A DNA stretch of 64,000 nucleotides from Azolla caroliniana (Eukaryota > Plantae > Polypodiophyta). The DNA is taken from positions 10,540,001 to 10,604,000 of the forward strand of contig JBHGNT010000007.1 of assembly GCA_043228905.1 (NCBI GenBank), in the 5' to 3' direction. The notes under the pieces are model-generated. The model ran no database searches and was not told the DNA's origin. It saw only the letters and a list, made by a program, of their open reading frames with translations. The translations under genes and the position numbers were made by a program. This document shows positions 12,381-26,800 of the stretch, piece by piece (the first letter of the stretch is position 1; each line of letters opens with the position of its first letter).

Positions 12381-15300
12381 TGTGAAAGAATACGTGCGGA
12401 AGCAATAGAACTGAACAAAGAAAATACGCAGGTTTAATGGAGAGCTTGAATATACACAGTTTGCGGGAGAGACAGAGAGAGGGAACACACAGAAACTCAA
12501 TTCAAAATATATACACCGTGCTCAGTGAGCACCTTTTATACAAGCCCTGACAATCGGGCTGACACAAGTACTGATAGTACTTGACTGCTCATAAATGAGC
12601 TCTATGCTAACTCCCAAAATATATTCCTACGTGGAATATCTTTCCAACGGCCTCGCGGTTTACGCACCGCTATGGCTTCTCGTGATGCACTGGTTTGCGT
12701 AACGGTTTACACACCCGTTTTACGCACCGGTCTGGCCTAACCGATCGGCCCCAACCGATCCTGTTCTCGGCTTCCACAGCCGATCCAGCCAATGTTGAGC
12801 TTGTATCTCAACACTCCCCCTCAAGCTCAACTTGAGGTTCCATCTGCTCCGCCGGATCTACACTCCGGTTTCTTCTGGCTCCACGCCTCACTCGCGCTCC
12901 TCGACTCGTTCGATTCCGCGCGCCTCGACCCTTCCGGTCGGCTTGTCTGCTTACACGACCCTTCTTAGCTTCCTTGATATTGGGGTGTTGGCGCCTCTTT
13001 TGCTGCCTTTTCTTTTGCTTGGCCCTTGGTTGATTCAGTGTATCCGAATCAAACATCTGAACCGACTCGGCTTCCTCCGATCGGTTTCCGCTCTCGTCCA
13101 AGTTGGTTGTCTCCAACTCATCTTCGGTCTTCTCGCCCTTGATGGCTTCATCTCCCCCATGCTTGGCTGGCTTTGGCTCTTTCTTCCGGCTGCTCCCCTT
13201 ATGTCCACTTTCAGACTCTTCCGCGGATCCGAAATCGAATTCGTCATCCGACTCGGCGTCACGGTCTTTTCCGCTCCTTTCCTGCTCCCTTCCGTGGTCA
13301 TCCGGGACGTCCCTCCCCATCAAGTTCAACACATCGAGGTGACGCAACCCAAGTGCACTCGAGAATTGCCGCAACTTGTCCAGACCAAGCGGCTTGGTGA
13401 AGATGTCGGCGTTCTGCCGATCCGTCGAAACATACTGAAGTTCGACTTCACCGGAGAGGACACGCTCACGGACGAAATGGTAGTGCACCTCAATGTGCTT
13501 AGTCCGGGCGTGGAAGACGGGGTTCTTAGCTAGCTGGATGTTGTTGAGGTTGTCGCAGTAGATTGTCGTTGGATCAGATACCTCCACCTACAGATCCTTA
13601 AGTAGCCGCTTCAACCATATGGCTTCGCATGTCGCAACAACCGCTCCTCTATACTCGGCTTCGGTGCTCGACAATGCAACTGTTGGCTGCTTCTTGCTAC
13701 TCCACGCGATCGCAGCACTCCCAAGAGAGAACGCGAAACCGGACGTGGATCGGTGATCGGCGGCGTTTTCGATCCAATCAGCATCGGTGTAACCGACCAA
13801 CTGCGCGGTAGTATCGGTCTGATATAGTAGCCCCCGGTCCTTAGTGCCGCTTACGTACCGTAGTACGCGTTGCGCACACTGAAGGTGCTCCTCAGTTGGT
13901 TGCGCCATGAACTGACTAATCACCCTGACCGGGTAGCTGAGATCTGGTTGGGTGATGGTCAAGTATATAAGGCTTCTGACTATCTGTCGGAACCTCGTCG
14001 GGTCGCATACCTTTCCGGAATCGGGGCAAAGCTTGACGGTTCTATCAAGAGGAGTCGAGACGGACTTATAGTCGGCCATCCTAAATTTGAAGAGCATACA
14101 TAGCACGTAATGCCATTGGCTGATTAGTATGCCTTTGGGGGTGCGGATCACTTCGATCCCGAGGAAGTAATGAAGGTCCCCCAGGTCCTTCATGTCAAAT
14201 GACGCCGTGAGCTGGAGCTTTACGTAGTCAATTTCACCAAGGTCGGCGCCGGTGATGACCAAATCATCAACATAAAGTAAGATACTAACCGGCCCGAGTC
14301 GACCTTTCCGGATGAACAGTGAGGAGTCTGATTTTGACGTCACAAAGCCCATCCGACGCAATCGTTGCGTGATCTTCGCGTTCTAGGCATGCGGGGCTTG
14401 CTTTAGTCCGTAAAGGGACTTCTTCAATCAGCACACCACCGAAGTGTTCGTTCCGGAGTGAAATCCAGGGGGCTGTACCATGTACACCTGTTCCTCAAGC
14501 TCACCTTGCAGGAACGCATTCTTAACATCCATCTGATGTAAGTGCCACCCCTTAGCCGCTGTTACTACGAGCAAAACATAGACGGTCGACATCTTCATGA
14601 CCGGCACAAACGTCTCTTCGTAGTCGATGCCGTGTTTCTACGCATAGCCTTTCGCTACTAACCGGGCCTTGTCTCGGTTAACAGAGCCGTCGGTGTTGCA
14701 CTTGACCTTGTACACCCACCTACATCCGATCGGCTTCACACCTTTCGGTGCGTCAATCAGGTCCCAGGTTTCATTCTCCGCTAATGCGCGCATCTCTTCC
14801 TCCATTGTGGCGCACCAATTCGCGTCCTTCGCTGCTTCTGCGTAGCTCTCTGGCTCACGCACTTCCGCTACACGCGTCATGTACGCATAGTGATGCGCCA
14901 TGTACTCGTTGTAACTGAACCGCACAACAGGGTTCTTCTGGCGGGTTGATCGACATCATTAACTGATGTCGAGGCTTTCATGGCCAACACGGACTTCGCT
15001 CTCAAGGACCCGTCGTCACTTCCCTCAGAGTTGGACTCGTGTCGATCCGACTCGTTCCTATCCGTGCCGTAATCCGACACCTTCTTCTTCCCTTTTCCCT
15101 TGTGCGTAAGCCGTTTCCTCGACTTCCTATGCGGGGAATGCACGACAGAGTCCCCACTACTTGCCAGCTCTTCATCGGACTGATCGAACTGACTCAGTCA
15201 TCCATTCGGTCCGCTTAACCAAAACGAAATCGGACTCTCTTTGCGGGTCTCGATTTCAGGCTCATCCGGAGGCATCTCGGCCTCACTGACCTCATCGTCA

Positions 15301-18300
15301 AAACTCGGATTTGAGGTGAGGTCCGGACTCGGAGGCATATACTAGGACGCGGACTTGTCAAACACAACGTCACGGCTCACGCGCGCTTGTTTGGTGCACT
15401 TATAACCCTTTTGCTCGTCCGAGTAGCCGACTAGGATACACTTCTCGGCTTTCGCGTCCAACTTCCTTCGTTTCTCCTTCGGTACATGCACATACGCAAT
15501 GCTACCGAAAACTCTCAAGTGTCATAGATTTGGCTTCCTTCCGAAATACTGCTCATGCGCCGACACTTTGTCTCCGATCTGATTCTGGATGTATACTGCG
15601 GTTCGTACTGCCTCGGCCCAATAGAATTTGGGCAAGCTCTTTTCTTCTAGCATTGCCCGCACCGCTTCTACAATTGACCGGTTCTTCCTCTCGGCCACGC
15701 TGTTTTGCTCCGGCGTGTATCTACATCTGAATTCGCGCTGAATTCCCATCTGTTGTAGATAGCCGTTGAATTGACCGGAAAAGTATTCTTTTCCGCCATC
15801 CGATCGCAAGCACTTGATCTTCCGTCTTGTTTCCGTTTCCACGAACCCTTTGAGGTCCTGGAAACAGTCGAAGACTTCACTCTTCTTCTCGATGAGATAG
15901 ATCCACGTGTGCCGCGTATAATCGTCGATGAAGGAGACGAAATATCGACTCCCGCCAAGACTAACATTCTGTGCCGGCCCCCATACATCGGAATGTATCA
16001 AGTCGAGCTTGTTTCAGCTCCAATTACGCTCATTTGGGAAAGGAAGTCAATGTTGCTTCCCTAGCTGGCAGGCTTCACAAATTTGTGCCTTCTAGCCACT
16101 AAATTTTGGCAATCCAAACACCGCCTGTTTCGATTGCAGGTCCTGAAGCCGTTGATAGTTGACGTGGCCTATCCGCTTGTGCCATAAGTCGATATCCGAC
16201 TCGACTTTTTGTCCTTTTGCGAACATTGCGGTGCCACCATCACTAGAGTCGAGGATAAACATCCTCTCGTCTCTACGCCCTTGTGCAATAACTCGGCCTT
16301 CTTCTTCGATGGAGCACTCGAGATGTGTGAACCGGATTTGCATCCCTTGGTCGACGATATGCCCGATCGACACCAGATTCTTCGTGATTGTCGGGACGTG
16401 TAACACATTCATAAGTTTCCGTTTCTGCCTGACATGGCTCAAGGGAACTTCACCAACATTCGCGATCAGATGTGGAGTGTCGTCTCCGGTTGCGACTACT
16501 CCCGGTTGCATCGGTTTTTCCAAGTATGAGAACCACTCCTTGTGGCACGTCATGTGGTTTGACGCGCCGTAGTCGACGTACCACACCTCGTCCAACTTCG
16601 GGGTGAACATCTTCATAGAGTTCGCTTCGTGTCTCGTCACGAAGGTTGACCCTTTTCCAGCTTTTCCGGACCCTGCGGCGTAGTGCGATCGTTGCCGATT
16701 TCCTTTATCGGTTTGTCTGGACCCGGTCCTCTCTGAATCGGTGCGCTTCTTCCAGCACTCGCTCTCCTTGTGGCCTTTCTTGCCACAATACCAGCATTCC
16801 GCAACCGCAACGGATTTCCCTTGCTGGTTCTCGTCGCCTCGACTCCCCCTGTTTACGAAGGGTTTGGAATTGCTGTCGGCATCACTTCGGTGCCTTCGTC
16901 CTTGATCCCGTCGGCCGCCCCCATTGCACATCGACTCGCCTTGTCCGCCACGACCATGGGGCCTATCTTCCTCCGTGTACAACATCTTGCTGTCGGCATG
17001 CGTGCTCGTCGACGCACCCGCGTGGTTCTCCTCTATAAGGAGTATTGACTGTAAGTCGAAAAACGATGACGTATTCTCCCGTGTACACAACAGTTTGGAA
17101 CGCTCCGAACTTCGACGCCAGTCCCCCGAGACAGATTTGCACCATCTCGCCTTCCTCGACGTTCACATCGATGGAGGATAAGGAGTCGCATATATCTTTG
17201 ATCTTCGAGGTGTAATCAACCACCGACAAATCGCGTTGTCGTAGGTTGCTCAGCTCCTGTTGGAGTTGAAGCTTTCTGGCTGTAGTGCTCGCGGCGAAAA
17301 TCTTCTTCAGATTTCCCCAAGCATCTTTCGGCATTTTTGCATCCCGAATGTAGCTTAGAATTTGTTCGCCCACACAAGACGCGAAGCAGTACAGTACTCT
17401 GCTCACCGACTATTCCCACACCAGGAAATCTTTGTGTGTCGATTCGGGTGCTGTGTCATTTGCTCCGTCGACATAGCTCTAGTAACTGTGCCTGAGTAGG
17501 TACTGGTGCATCTTGTAGGACCAAGATGCGTAGTTGTTTCTGTCAAGCTTCTCCATCGGAAGCAAGCCATCCATGCCTCTATCCATCGGTTTTACCTGTT
17601 CTTCTTGGTTAGTTTTCCTTTCAAGCTATGTCGGCTGCGGAGGTTCTCAACCCTCGCGCTCTGATACCATGTGAAAGAATACGTGTGGAAGCAATAGAAA
17701 CTGAACACAGAAAATGAAGTTAAAATCTTTGTCGGCCACAACTGGTTGTACGTGTGCGGAATAATAGTCAATCTAATGGAAAGGAAAAACTGAATATAGA
17801 AACTGAGAATGACACAGATTTTTACGGGGAAACCCGAACTGGGAAAAACCACATGGAGTCCACAAACTCCGAAACAGAACACTATGAGAGAAAGGAATAC
17901 AATCAAAGATCTCAGAGGTAACAACCCCGAGATCCTGCTTCGCCAACATGCGGCTATGGAGCTCACACGCTTCCACTCACACTCGTTCACACTCACAGTT
18001 ACAGAGGCAACAACCTCATCGACAGTAACTTTACAATAACTTGCCCTAAGTACTTATATACTAATGTAACCTTTCGACTATTTACAAGTTTAGCCCACGG
18101 GGGCATATTCAGACTATTTACAAACTTAGCCTTCCGTGTTGGCTATCTCCATGATTTCCAGTTTCGGCCGAGGCCGAACACGGTTCTTCTCACTTCCCAT
18201 ATGGAGGGACCTGTTTCCTAAATATACACAGGTTTAATGGAGAGCTTGAATATACACAGTATGCGGGAGAGACCGCAAGAGAGAACACACAGAAACTCAA

Positions 18301-18613
18301 TTCAAAATACATACACCGTGCTCAGTGAGCACCTTTTATACAAGCCTTGACAATCGGGCTAACACAAGTATTGACAGTACTTGACTGCTCATAAATGAGC
18401 TCTACGCTAACTCCCAAAATATATTCCTATGCGGAATATCTTTTCAACAGCCTCGCGGTTTACGCATCGCTACGGTTTCTCGTTACGCACCGGTTTGCGT
18501 AACGGTTTACACACCCGTTTTACACACCGGTCCGGCCTAACCGATCGGCCCCAACCGATCCGGTTCTTGGCTTCCACAACTGATCTGGCCAATGTTGAGC
18601 TTGTATCTCAACA
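12381..18613 (-). mobile_element. Full-length degenerate Ty1/copia element C1
   Basis: TG...CA LTRs 12381-12813 and 17670-18613. 5-bp TSD ATACC (12376-12380, 18614-18618). tRNA-iMet PBS (rc of gctctgatacca ending 17669) and PPT at 12814-12821. Gag CWYCGKKGHKESEC, protease WYVDYGAS, integrase HSDVWGP...RSDGGKEY, RT LYVDD, RNase H ADIFTK. Many stops and frameshifts. Confidence 0.95.
17715..18221 (-). mobile_element. Solo LTR of a Tork-like family inserted in the 5' LTR of C1
   Basis: ~500 bp absent from the other C1 LTR. Shares cggccacaac, ggaaaacc, ttgccctaagt and ggagggacc motifs with the Tork LTRs. No clean TSD. Confidence 0.75.
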
Positions 18614-18618
18614 ATACC

Positions 18619-21600
18619 GTGTCGGTATAACAGTCCCCGGTCCTTCGTGCCACTCACTTATCGCAATAGTCGATGCGCGCACTAAAGGTGCTCCACGATC
18701 GGCTTATGCATAAACTGGCTGATCACCCCGACTGGATAACTGATGTCAGGTTGGGTGATCTTCAAGTATATAAGGCTTCTGACAATTTGTCGGAACCGTT
18801 TCTCATCGCAGGCCAGGCTAGAGTCGGGACGTAGCTTGAGGTTTTGGTCTAGGGGTGTAGAGATCGATCGAAATTCTGTCATGCCGAACTTGTATAGCAT
18901 ATTTAACACATCGTGTCTTTGTGAGAGCAATATGCCATCGGGGGTCCGGATCAACTCGATCCTAAGAAAATAATGAGGGTCCCCCAGGTCTTTCATTTCA
19001 AATGCGACCGACAACTGGGACTTCACTCTGTCGATTTCATCTAGTCTGGATCCGATAATTATTAAATCATCAACATATAGCAGGATACAAACTGAACCGT
19101 CTTGACCTTTCTTGATGAACAGTGACGAGTCAGACTTTGAGGCCACAAACCCCATCTTACGCAACCGGTGCATGATCTTCGCATTCCAAGCTCGGGGGGC
19201 TTGCTTCAGACCGTAAAGCGACTTCTTGAGTCGGCACACTGCCGACTTCTTCATCTCTAATTGGAAACCGGGGGGGTTGGATCATATAGATCCGTTCTTC
19301 AAGGTGACCTTGAAGAAACACATTCTTCATGTCGATTTGGTGAAGATGCCATCCCCTTGCCGCAGCTACAACCAGTACCACACGAACCGTTGTCATCTTT
19401 GCTACTGGAGGGAAGGTCTCGTCATAGTCGATTCCGTGGGTCTGTGCGTATCCCTTTGCCACTAACCAGGCCTTGTACCGGTTGACCGAATCATCGGCAT
19501 TGTACTTCACCTTATATACCCATTTACAACCGATTAGTTTACACTATTGGGGAGGGGCAACCAGGTCCCATGTATCGTTGGCATCAAGTGCCTGTATTTC
19601 TTCCTCCATAGCAACATGCCAATTTGCGTCTTTTGCTGCTTCTGCGTAGCTCTCCGGCTCACACACTTCCGCCACCTTAGTCATGTACGCATAGTGATGT
19701 GCCATGTACTCATTGTACCCGTACCTCATGACGGGTTGACCAGTGTAACTTTTCGTTAGCCGGTTTGAGGCCCTTCTTGGCCGGTTCGGACTTCCTTTCT
19801 GAAGATCCACTTTCTTCCTTTCTGGGGTCAGATTTGTTCTGATCCGACCCTTCACTGCCGGTATCATATTCCAACATCTTCTTCTTACCCATCTCTTTGT
19901 GCGGGAATCTTCTCCTCAGTTCCTTGCGCGGGGAGAGCACGACAGAGTCTCCACTACTCGCCGGTTCTTCATCTGACTGGTCATCCCGACTCAGCCGCTC
20001 ATTCGGTCCACTTAGCTAGAATGAGATTGGACTCTCATCTAGAGTACCGAATCCTTCATCTTCTTCTTGAACCTCTCCAGGTTCACTAGCCTCATCCCCC
20101 AGAATCGGGTCTTCGTCGGGAGTTGGAGTCGGTAGGGAGTACCATGATGTCGACTCATCAAACTCGACATCTCGACTTACTCGTACTTGTTTAGTCCGGG
20201 GGTTATAACACTTATACCCCTTCTATTCATGCTAATAGCCGATGAGTATGAACTTCTCAGATTTTGGATCCATCTTCCTCTGCTTCTCATCCGATACATG
20301 CACATATGCTATGCTGCCGAATATCCGAAGGTGTCTCAAATTCGGTTTCTGCCCGAAATACAGCTCATGTGCTGACACCTTGTCCCCGATTCGCTTTTGG
20401 ATGTAGACAGTTGTCTGGACCGCCTCAACCCAGTAGAATTTGGGCATGCTCTTCTCCTCTAGCATTGCCCTTGCCGCGTCGACAATTGACCGGTTCTTTC
20501 TCTCGGCCAAACTGTTTTGTTCCGGTGTGTATCGGCAGCTGGATTCTCTCTGAATTCCGTTCTGCTCTAGATAACGGTTGTCCGACCACAGGCACTTGAT
20601 CTTCCTCTCTGTCTCCCGTTTGACTAAGCTTTGAAGGTTCCGGAAACAGGCGAAGACTTCGCTTTTTTTCTTGATGAGGTAGATCCACGTGTGCCGGTTG
20701 TAGTCATCGATGAAGGAGGCGAAATACCGACTCCCGCCAAGACTAACATTCTATGCCGGTCCCCATACATCCGAATGGATTAGATCAAGCTTGTTACAGC
20801 TCCGGTTTCATTCAGTGGGGAATGGAAGCCAGTGTTGCTTCCCGAGTTGGCAGGCTTCACATATTTGGGCCTTCCGGCCACTAAACTTCGGCAATTCAAA
20901 CACAACTTGTTTCGATAACGGATCTTGAAGCCTCCTGTAGTTGACGTGGCCGATTTGCTTATGCCAGAGATCGATGTCTGATTCAATCTTCTGTTCTTTG
21001 GCAAACATGGCGATGTTGACGTCATTTGTGTTGAGGATGAACATCCTCCCTTCCCTGCGCCCTTGCGCGATTATCCGGCCTTCTTCCTCGATAAAGCACA
21101 TGAGGTGCGTAAACCGCACCTGCATTCCCTGGTCGACGATTTATCCAACCGACACCAGGTTCTTTGTGATTGTCAGAACGTGTAGTATGTTCATCAGCTT
21201 TCCCTTTTGTCCAACATGGCTTAAAGGGACTTCTCTGACATGCACAATTGGGTGAGGGGTGTCGTCTCCGGTTTCGACGATTCCCTGTTGTTCTGGTTTC
21301 TCCAAAAACGAGAACCGCCCTTCGTGGCTTGTCATGTGGTTTGACGCTCCGGAATCAACATACCATACTTCCTCCGATCCAGAAGTGGTCTTATTCATCG
21401 ATTTCGCCTTGTGCTTCATCACAAAGACTGGCCCTTTTTCGGTCTTCCCGGTTCCAGATCCTTCTGATCCTTCTGCGTAGTGCGACCTTTGCCTGTTCCC
21501 TTGTCCGGCCTTGCTGGATCCGGATTGATCCGGATCAACGCGCTTCTTCCAGCACTCGCTCTCTCTATGGCCTTTCTTGCCACAGTACCAACATTCTGTG

Positions 21601-22913
21601 TCGGCTTTCAACTGTCGGTTTCCGGGTCCGACTTGATTCCCTCTGCTTGTGGAGGGTCCAGGACTGCTGTCGACACCGTCTCTATGCCTTCGGTTCTGCT
21701 CTTGCCGGCCGCCTCCATTGCGTGCTGACCCACCTTGTCCACCACACCCACGGGGTCGATCCGCCTCCGTGTACAACATCCAACTGTCCGATTGAGTGGT
21801 CCTCGACCCACTCTCGTGGTTTTCTTCGACCATCAACATGGATTGTAAGTCGAAGAAGGATGGTGGCTTCTCCCGGGTGCAAATTGCCGTCCGGATTGGC
21901 CCGTATTGTTGTGCTAGAACACCAAGACAGATCTGGACCATCTCGTCTTCTTCCACTGTTACGTTGATGGATCCGAGTGCATCGCATATTTCCTTAATCT
22001 TGGTGGTTTAATCCGTAACCGACATATCTCTCTACCAGATGTTGTTCAACCCTTGGCGCAGCTACAACTTACGGGATGTGGTACTTGCGTCAAAAATCTT
22101 CCGTAGATTTTCCCAGGTCTCCTTTGGCGTTTTTGCATCCTTGATGTAGCTGAGCATCTAATCGTGCACATCGGATGTGAGGCAATACAATACTCGGCTT
22201 GCTCCTTGCTCCCATACCGGGAAGTCTTTGTGTGCCGACTCCGGTGCTACCTCGTTGGTTCCTTCCACATAGCTCCAATATCCATGCCCCAACAAGTACT
22301 GGTGCATTTTATATGACCAGGATGCATAGTTGCTCCGGTCGAGCTTTTCTCTAGGAAGCGAACTCTACTTCTGTCCATTTCGGTTCTCTGCTGTTCTTCA
22401 CCGGGTGTTAGGGTTTGTCTTCGAAAGCCTCTGTTGGCTGCAGAGGAGTCTCAACCCTCATGCTCTAATACCATGTCAAAGTTAGCGTGGAGAAGCTTGA
22501 CAAAACTGGTTTTGCTGGGTAGGAACAGAGAATAGAAAACACAGGTTCAATGGGAGCTCGAGAATATTTAGCATACATGGGAGAGACAGAGAGAGAGCAG
22601 AACATAAAATTCAATTCTAAAATAATAATCCTCTGTGTACATAGAATGTGCTAAGAGAGCACTTTTATACAAGTCCATAAAGGACTGATAGAAGTATTGA
22701 CAAGTACTTCAATGCTCATACGAGTGACTGTCACTAACTCCAAAAATATGCCTACATACTAGGCTGGATCCGTAGGACTCTAACCGCCTACCGGTTTCAA
22801 TCCAATTTGGCTCATGGTTCCAGATACCATACAAACACCGAGCCGGTTCTCCGTTTCGGATACCGGTCCCATTCTGGCTTATTCAGCCGATCCGGATCCG
22901 GTTGAGTTTGCTT
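18619..22913 (-). mobile_element. Degenerate Ty1/copia element C2 (same family as C1), interrupted by C1 and truncated
   Basis: 5' LTR from 22474 and degenerate PBS 22461-22473. Gag, protease WYVDSGAS, integrase and RT YVDD. The frame ...KDRGLLYRHGI|VGKLVGYTD resumes across C1 at 12346-12380. Confidence 0.92.
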
Positions 22914-23843
22914 GCAATCCCTCTCTCAGCCTGACCTTCACCACGTACCACAGTCCCCTGATCCGATTACCATAGGAGTAATTGAAGGTGTTGCTTCCAA
23001 GAAGGAGACAACACAATTTGGCACGCCCAGTTCGCGTTGTGCATCATAGCGAACAAACGTCGGTGGAGACCCCTAGCCGCCATTATGGTGCCCAACCGTC
23101 TTACTGTGCTTGGCTCCCATCCCGTCGCGCCGAGCCAGCCGAGGATACTACTGACTCCATGATCACTCAACACTCATCACTAGAAACCCCAGAATCGCAC
23201 CCCTCACTAGTCATCGCTGATACACAATCACATACCGACCCCGAACTCGCCACTCCTCCAAGTCCACCGACAGTCTCTCAACAATCCGAGTTCAACCCCT
23301 TCCCGCCCTACCAGACGACCCAGATCTCGACACAATGTCGTACCACTCCTATACCCACTACACGGATGGTCCCAACGCGGTTTCCCACATCCACTCTTTT
23401 CTCTCCACGTGGCATGCCAACCATTCTATGTAGCGCCTCACCACTGAGGAGATGGACACCTCTAAAATCGCGGAATTTACCCTTTCTCTAGATGGCCCCG
23501 TTGCATGGTGGTATTCTTGCCACGATCCGAGGGAGTTTACCACATTCCAAGATGTCCGCACCCAGTTTCTGGAGTTATTACTCCGGGCGATCCCTAAACG
23601 CGAATTGCTCCGCCAGTTCTATATCATTGCCCAGGGACCCAATAAAACAATATCCTAGTTTACCCTCCGATTTCAAGACCTTTATCGGCAAATCACACAG
23701 GACGTGTCAGCCAATCATTTAAGAGATATGTTCCTTGTTGGACTCAGGGAGCTGCTGAGCATGATGTTGGCCCATAGGGATTTTTCACAACACATTATCG
23801 AGCAAGTGGTCGCTCGTTTTCTCGCTTTAGATAGGGTTCATCA

Positions 23844-26800
23844 TGTTGCACACAGTGCTCGGCCACAACCGATGAATAGGATCAACTCACAGAAAACAGG
23901 AAATACAAAATGCACGAAGACAATAGAGAGAAGAGTACATAGGGTGTTTTACGTGGAAAACCCTAAATGGGAAAAGCCACGGGAGTCCTCAAACTCCAAC
24001 TATCACTATACACAGAGATGTACAATGGTGAAGCTACAAGGCAACAACCTTGAGCTCACTGTCTTCGCCACAGGCGGCGGTAATACACAGAGGCGTCGAC
24101 CTCTTCCTTTCTCTCTCTCTCTCGGCTGCTCTCACTTCGCTCTCTCGGCTGAAAACATAAAATGAGCAACAACAAAAAACTGTTTGCCCTAAGTCATATT
24201 TATACACATATGACTTTCGAGCTATTTACAAATATAGCCTCAAGGGCCCTTGGCAAACATATTCACAAATATGTCCCCGCATCCGGATCTCTCTCCGGGT
24301 ACATCCGTCATCCGGCTCCGTAGCCGGGGTCTTCATCATCCGGCTCCGTAGCCGGGGTCTTCATCATCCGGCTCCGATACCGGGTACTCCTCGTTCGGGT
24401 CTTCATTCCCGATTCCCGGACATCTGACCATCCCATCTGGAGGGACCGTAATCCCAACAAACTCCCCCTTCACTTCGGCATGGGATGTCTTTCCAGTCCA
24501 ACCCTCTTCCGGCACGCTTCCAGCTTGTCGGGTGTGAGCACTTTGGTCAGCATGTCTGACCCGTTCTCGTCCGTGTGGATCTTCATCAACACGAACTCCT
24601 GGTCTTCTATTCTTTCCCGGATCCAGTGATATCTTCGCTGGATGTGCTTCGTCCGGGAGTGATAGGCCGCGTTCTTCGCAAGGTGGATGGCACTCTGACT
24701 GTCGCAGTAGAGTCGGTACTCCTCCTGCCGGATACCGAGCTCTCTAATGAAGTCCTTCATCCATATCATTTCCTTGCCGGCTTCAACAACCGCCATGTAC
24801 TCCGCCTCCGTGGTTGACAATGCAACCGTCTTCTGCAGCCTCGACTACCACGAAACAGCTCCCCCTGCATACGTCATCACATACCCTGATGTGGACCGGC
24901 TGGTATCTGCATCAGCCGACATATCCGAATCGGTAAAGCCGTCGAGTTCGGGCTTACCGGAGCCGAATCGGAGGCACACGTCTGCCGTGCCCTTCAGGTA
25001 TCGGAGTATCCACTTGACCGCATTCCAGTGCTCTTTGCCGGGGTTGCTCATGTACCGGCTCACCACTCTGACTGCATATCCTATGTCCGGTCTTGTACAC
25101 ACCATTGCGTACATCAAGCTTCTGACGGCAGAGGCATATGGTACTTTCATCATGTCCTCCTTCTCAGCCTTTGTCTTGGGGCTTTGCTTGCTGGACAACT
25201 TGCAGTTTGCCGAGAGGGTTGACCCGACCGGTCTTGCTTCCGACATGTTGAACCGGTGAAGCACCTTTGTCACGTACTTCTCCTGTGACAGCCACAACTG
25301 CTTCTTCTTCCGGTCCCGGATGATGTGCATCCCTAGTATTTGCCTCGCCGGACCCAGGTCCTTCATTGAGAAGGTTTGGTGAAGAGCCTTCTTCAGCATC
25401 CGTATCTTGACCTGGTCCCGTCCGACGATCAACATGTCGTCCACGTACAGGAGGAGTATTAGAAAGTCTCCTCCTTCGAACTTCTTCACAAACACGCAGT
25501 GATCGGACTGCGTTTTGTGGTACCCTTCGTCGGTCATGAAAGAGTCGAACTTCCGGTACCATTGCCGGGGAGCCTGCTTCAGTCCGTAGAGGCTCTTCTT
25601 CAACCGGCATACCAGGTGCTCCTTCCCTTTCTTCTCGAATCCTTCCGGTTGCTGCATGTAGATCTCTTCTTCGAGGTCACCGTGAAGGAATGCCGTCTTC
25701 ACGTCCATCTGTTCTACCTCGAGGTCCATGCTTGCCGCTATGCTCAGCACCGTCCGGATGGAGGTCATCTTCACTACCGGGGCAAATATCTCGTCGAAGT
25801 CGACGCCCTTCTTCTGCTGGAACCCCTTCACCACGATCCTAGCTTTGTATCTCGGGGGGTTTCCGGCATCTCCCGGTTTCAGCGTGAACACCCATTTGTT
25901 TCGAAGTGCCCGCTTTCCTTTCGGCAACTCCACAAGTTCATATGTGTGGTTCTCATGCAGGGAATCCATCTCCTCCTGCATGGCACTTAACCACCAGCGG
26001 CTATGGGTGTCAAGCTTTGCTTCTTCAAAACTCTCCGGCTCCCCCTCGTCGGTTAGCAGCACGTGCTCTGGTTCCGGAAATCTCCGGGGGACCCTTCTCT
26101 CTCTTAGAGGATATCTCCGTTCCGGAGCTTCGGTAACCGGCTCCTCCGTTTTCTCTTCATCCGAATCCATTTCGGGATCGGGGCCGGTTCCGGTATCAGT
26201 TTCATCTTCCTCGGCCGGTTCTGTTTCTTCACCGTCTTCGGCCGGATCCTCGAGTGCTAACCGGTCCCTTGCCGGTCGGGACTGCTCCTCGTAGAGTTGA
26301 TCCCCACCGGTCGACTTGGAGCTCTTCATCTTCTTCTCCGACTCCCAGTCGGCGAGTGTTTTGTCCTCCATGAAGATGATATCACGACTCCTGAATATCT
26401 TCTTGTCGACCGGGTCCCATACTCGGTAGCCGAACTCGTCATCGCCGTAACCGAGGAATATGCATGGCCGGGTCTTTGGATCTAGCTTTCCTCTCCGGTC
26501 CTTTGCCACATGCACATATGCGAGACACCCGAACACCTTCAGATGCCGGTAGGATACTTCCCTACCGGTCCACACTCTCTGCGGCGTGTCTCCGTCCAAA
26601 GGTACTGAGGGTGATCTGTTTATCACGTATGTCGCCGTCGACATTGCCTCAGCCCAGAACCCCTTGGGTAATTTCGCATGCGCCAGCATACTCCGGACCC
26701 TCTCCATTATGGTCCGGTTCATCCTCTCGGCCAGCCCGTTCAGTTCCGGCGTCTTCAGCACAGTAAACTCGAGCCGGATTCCCTTCGAGCGACAGTACTC

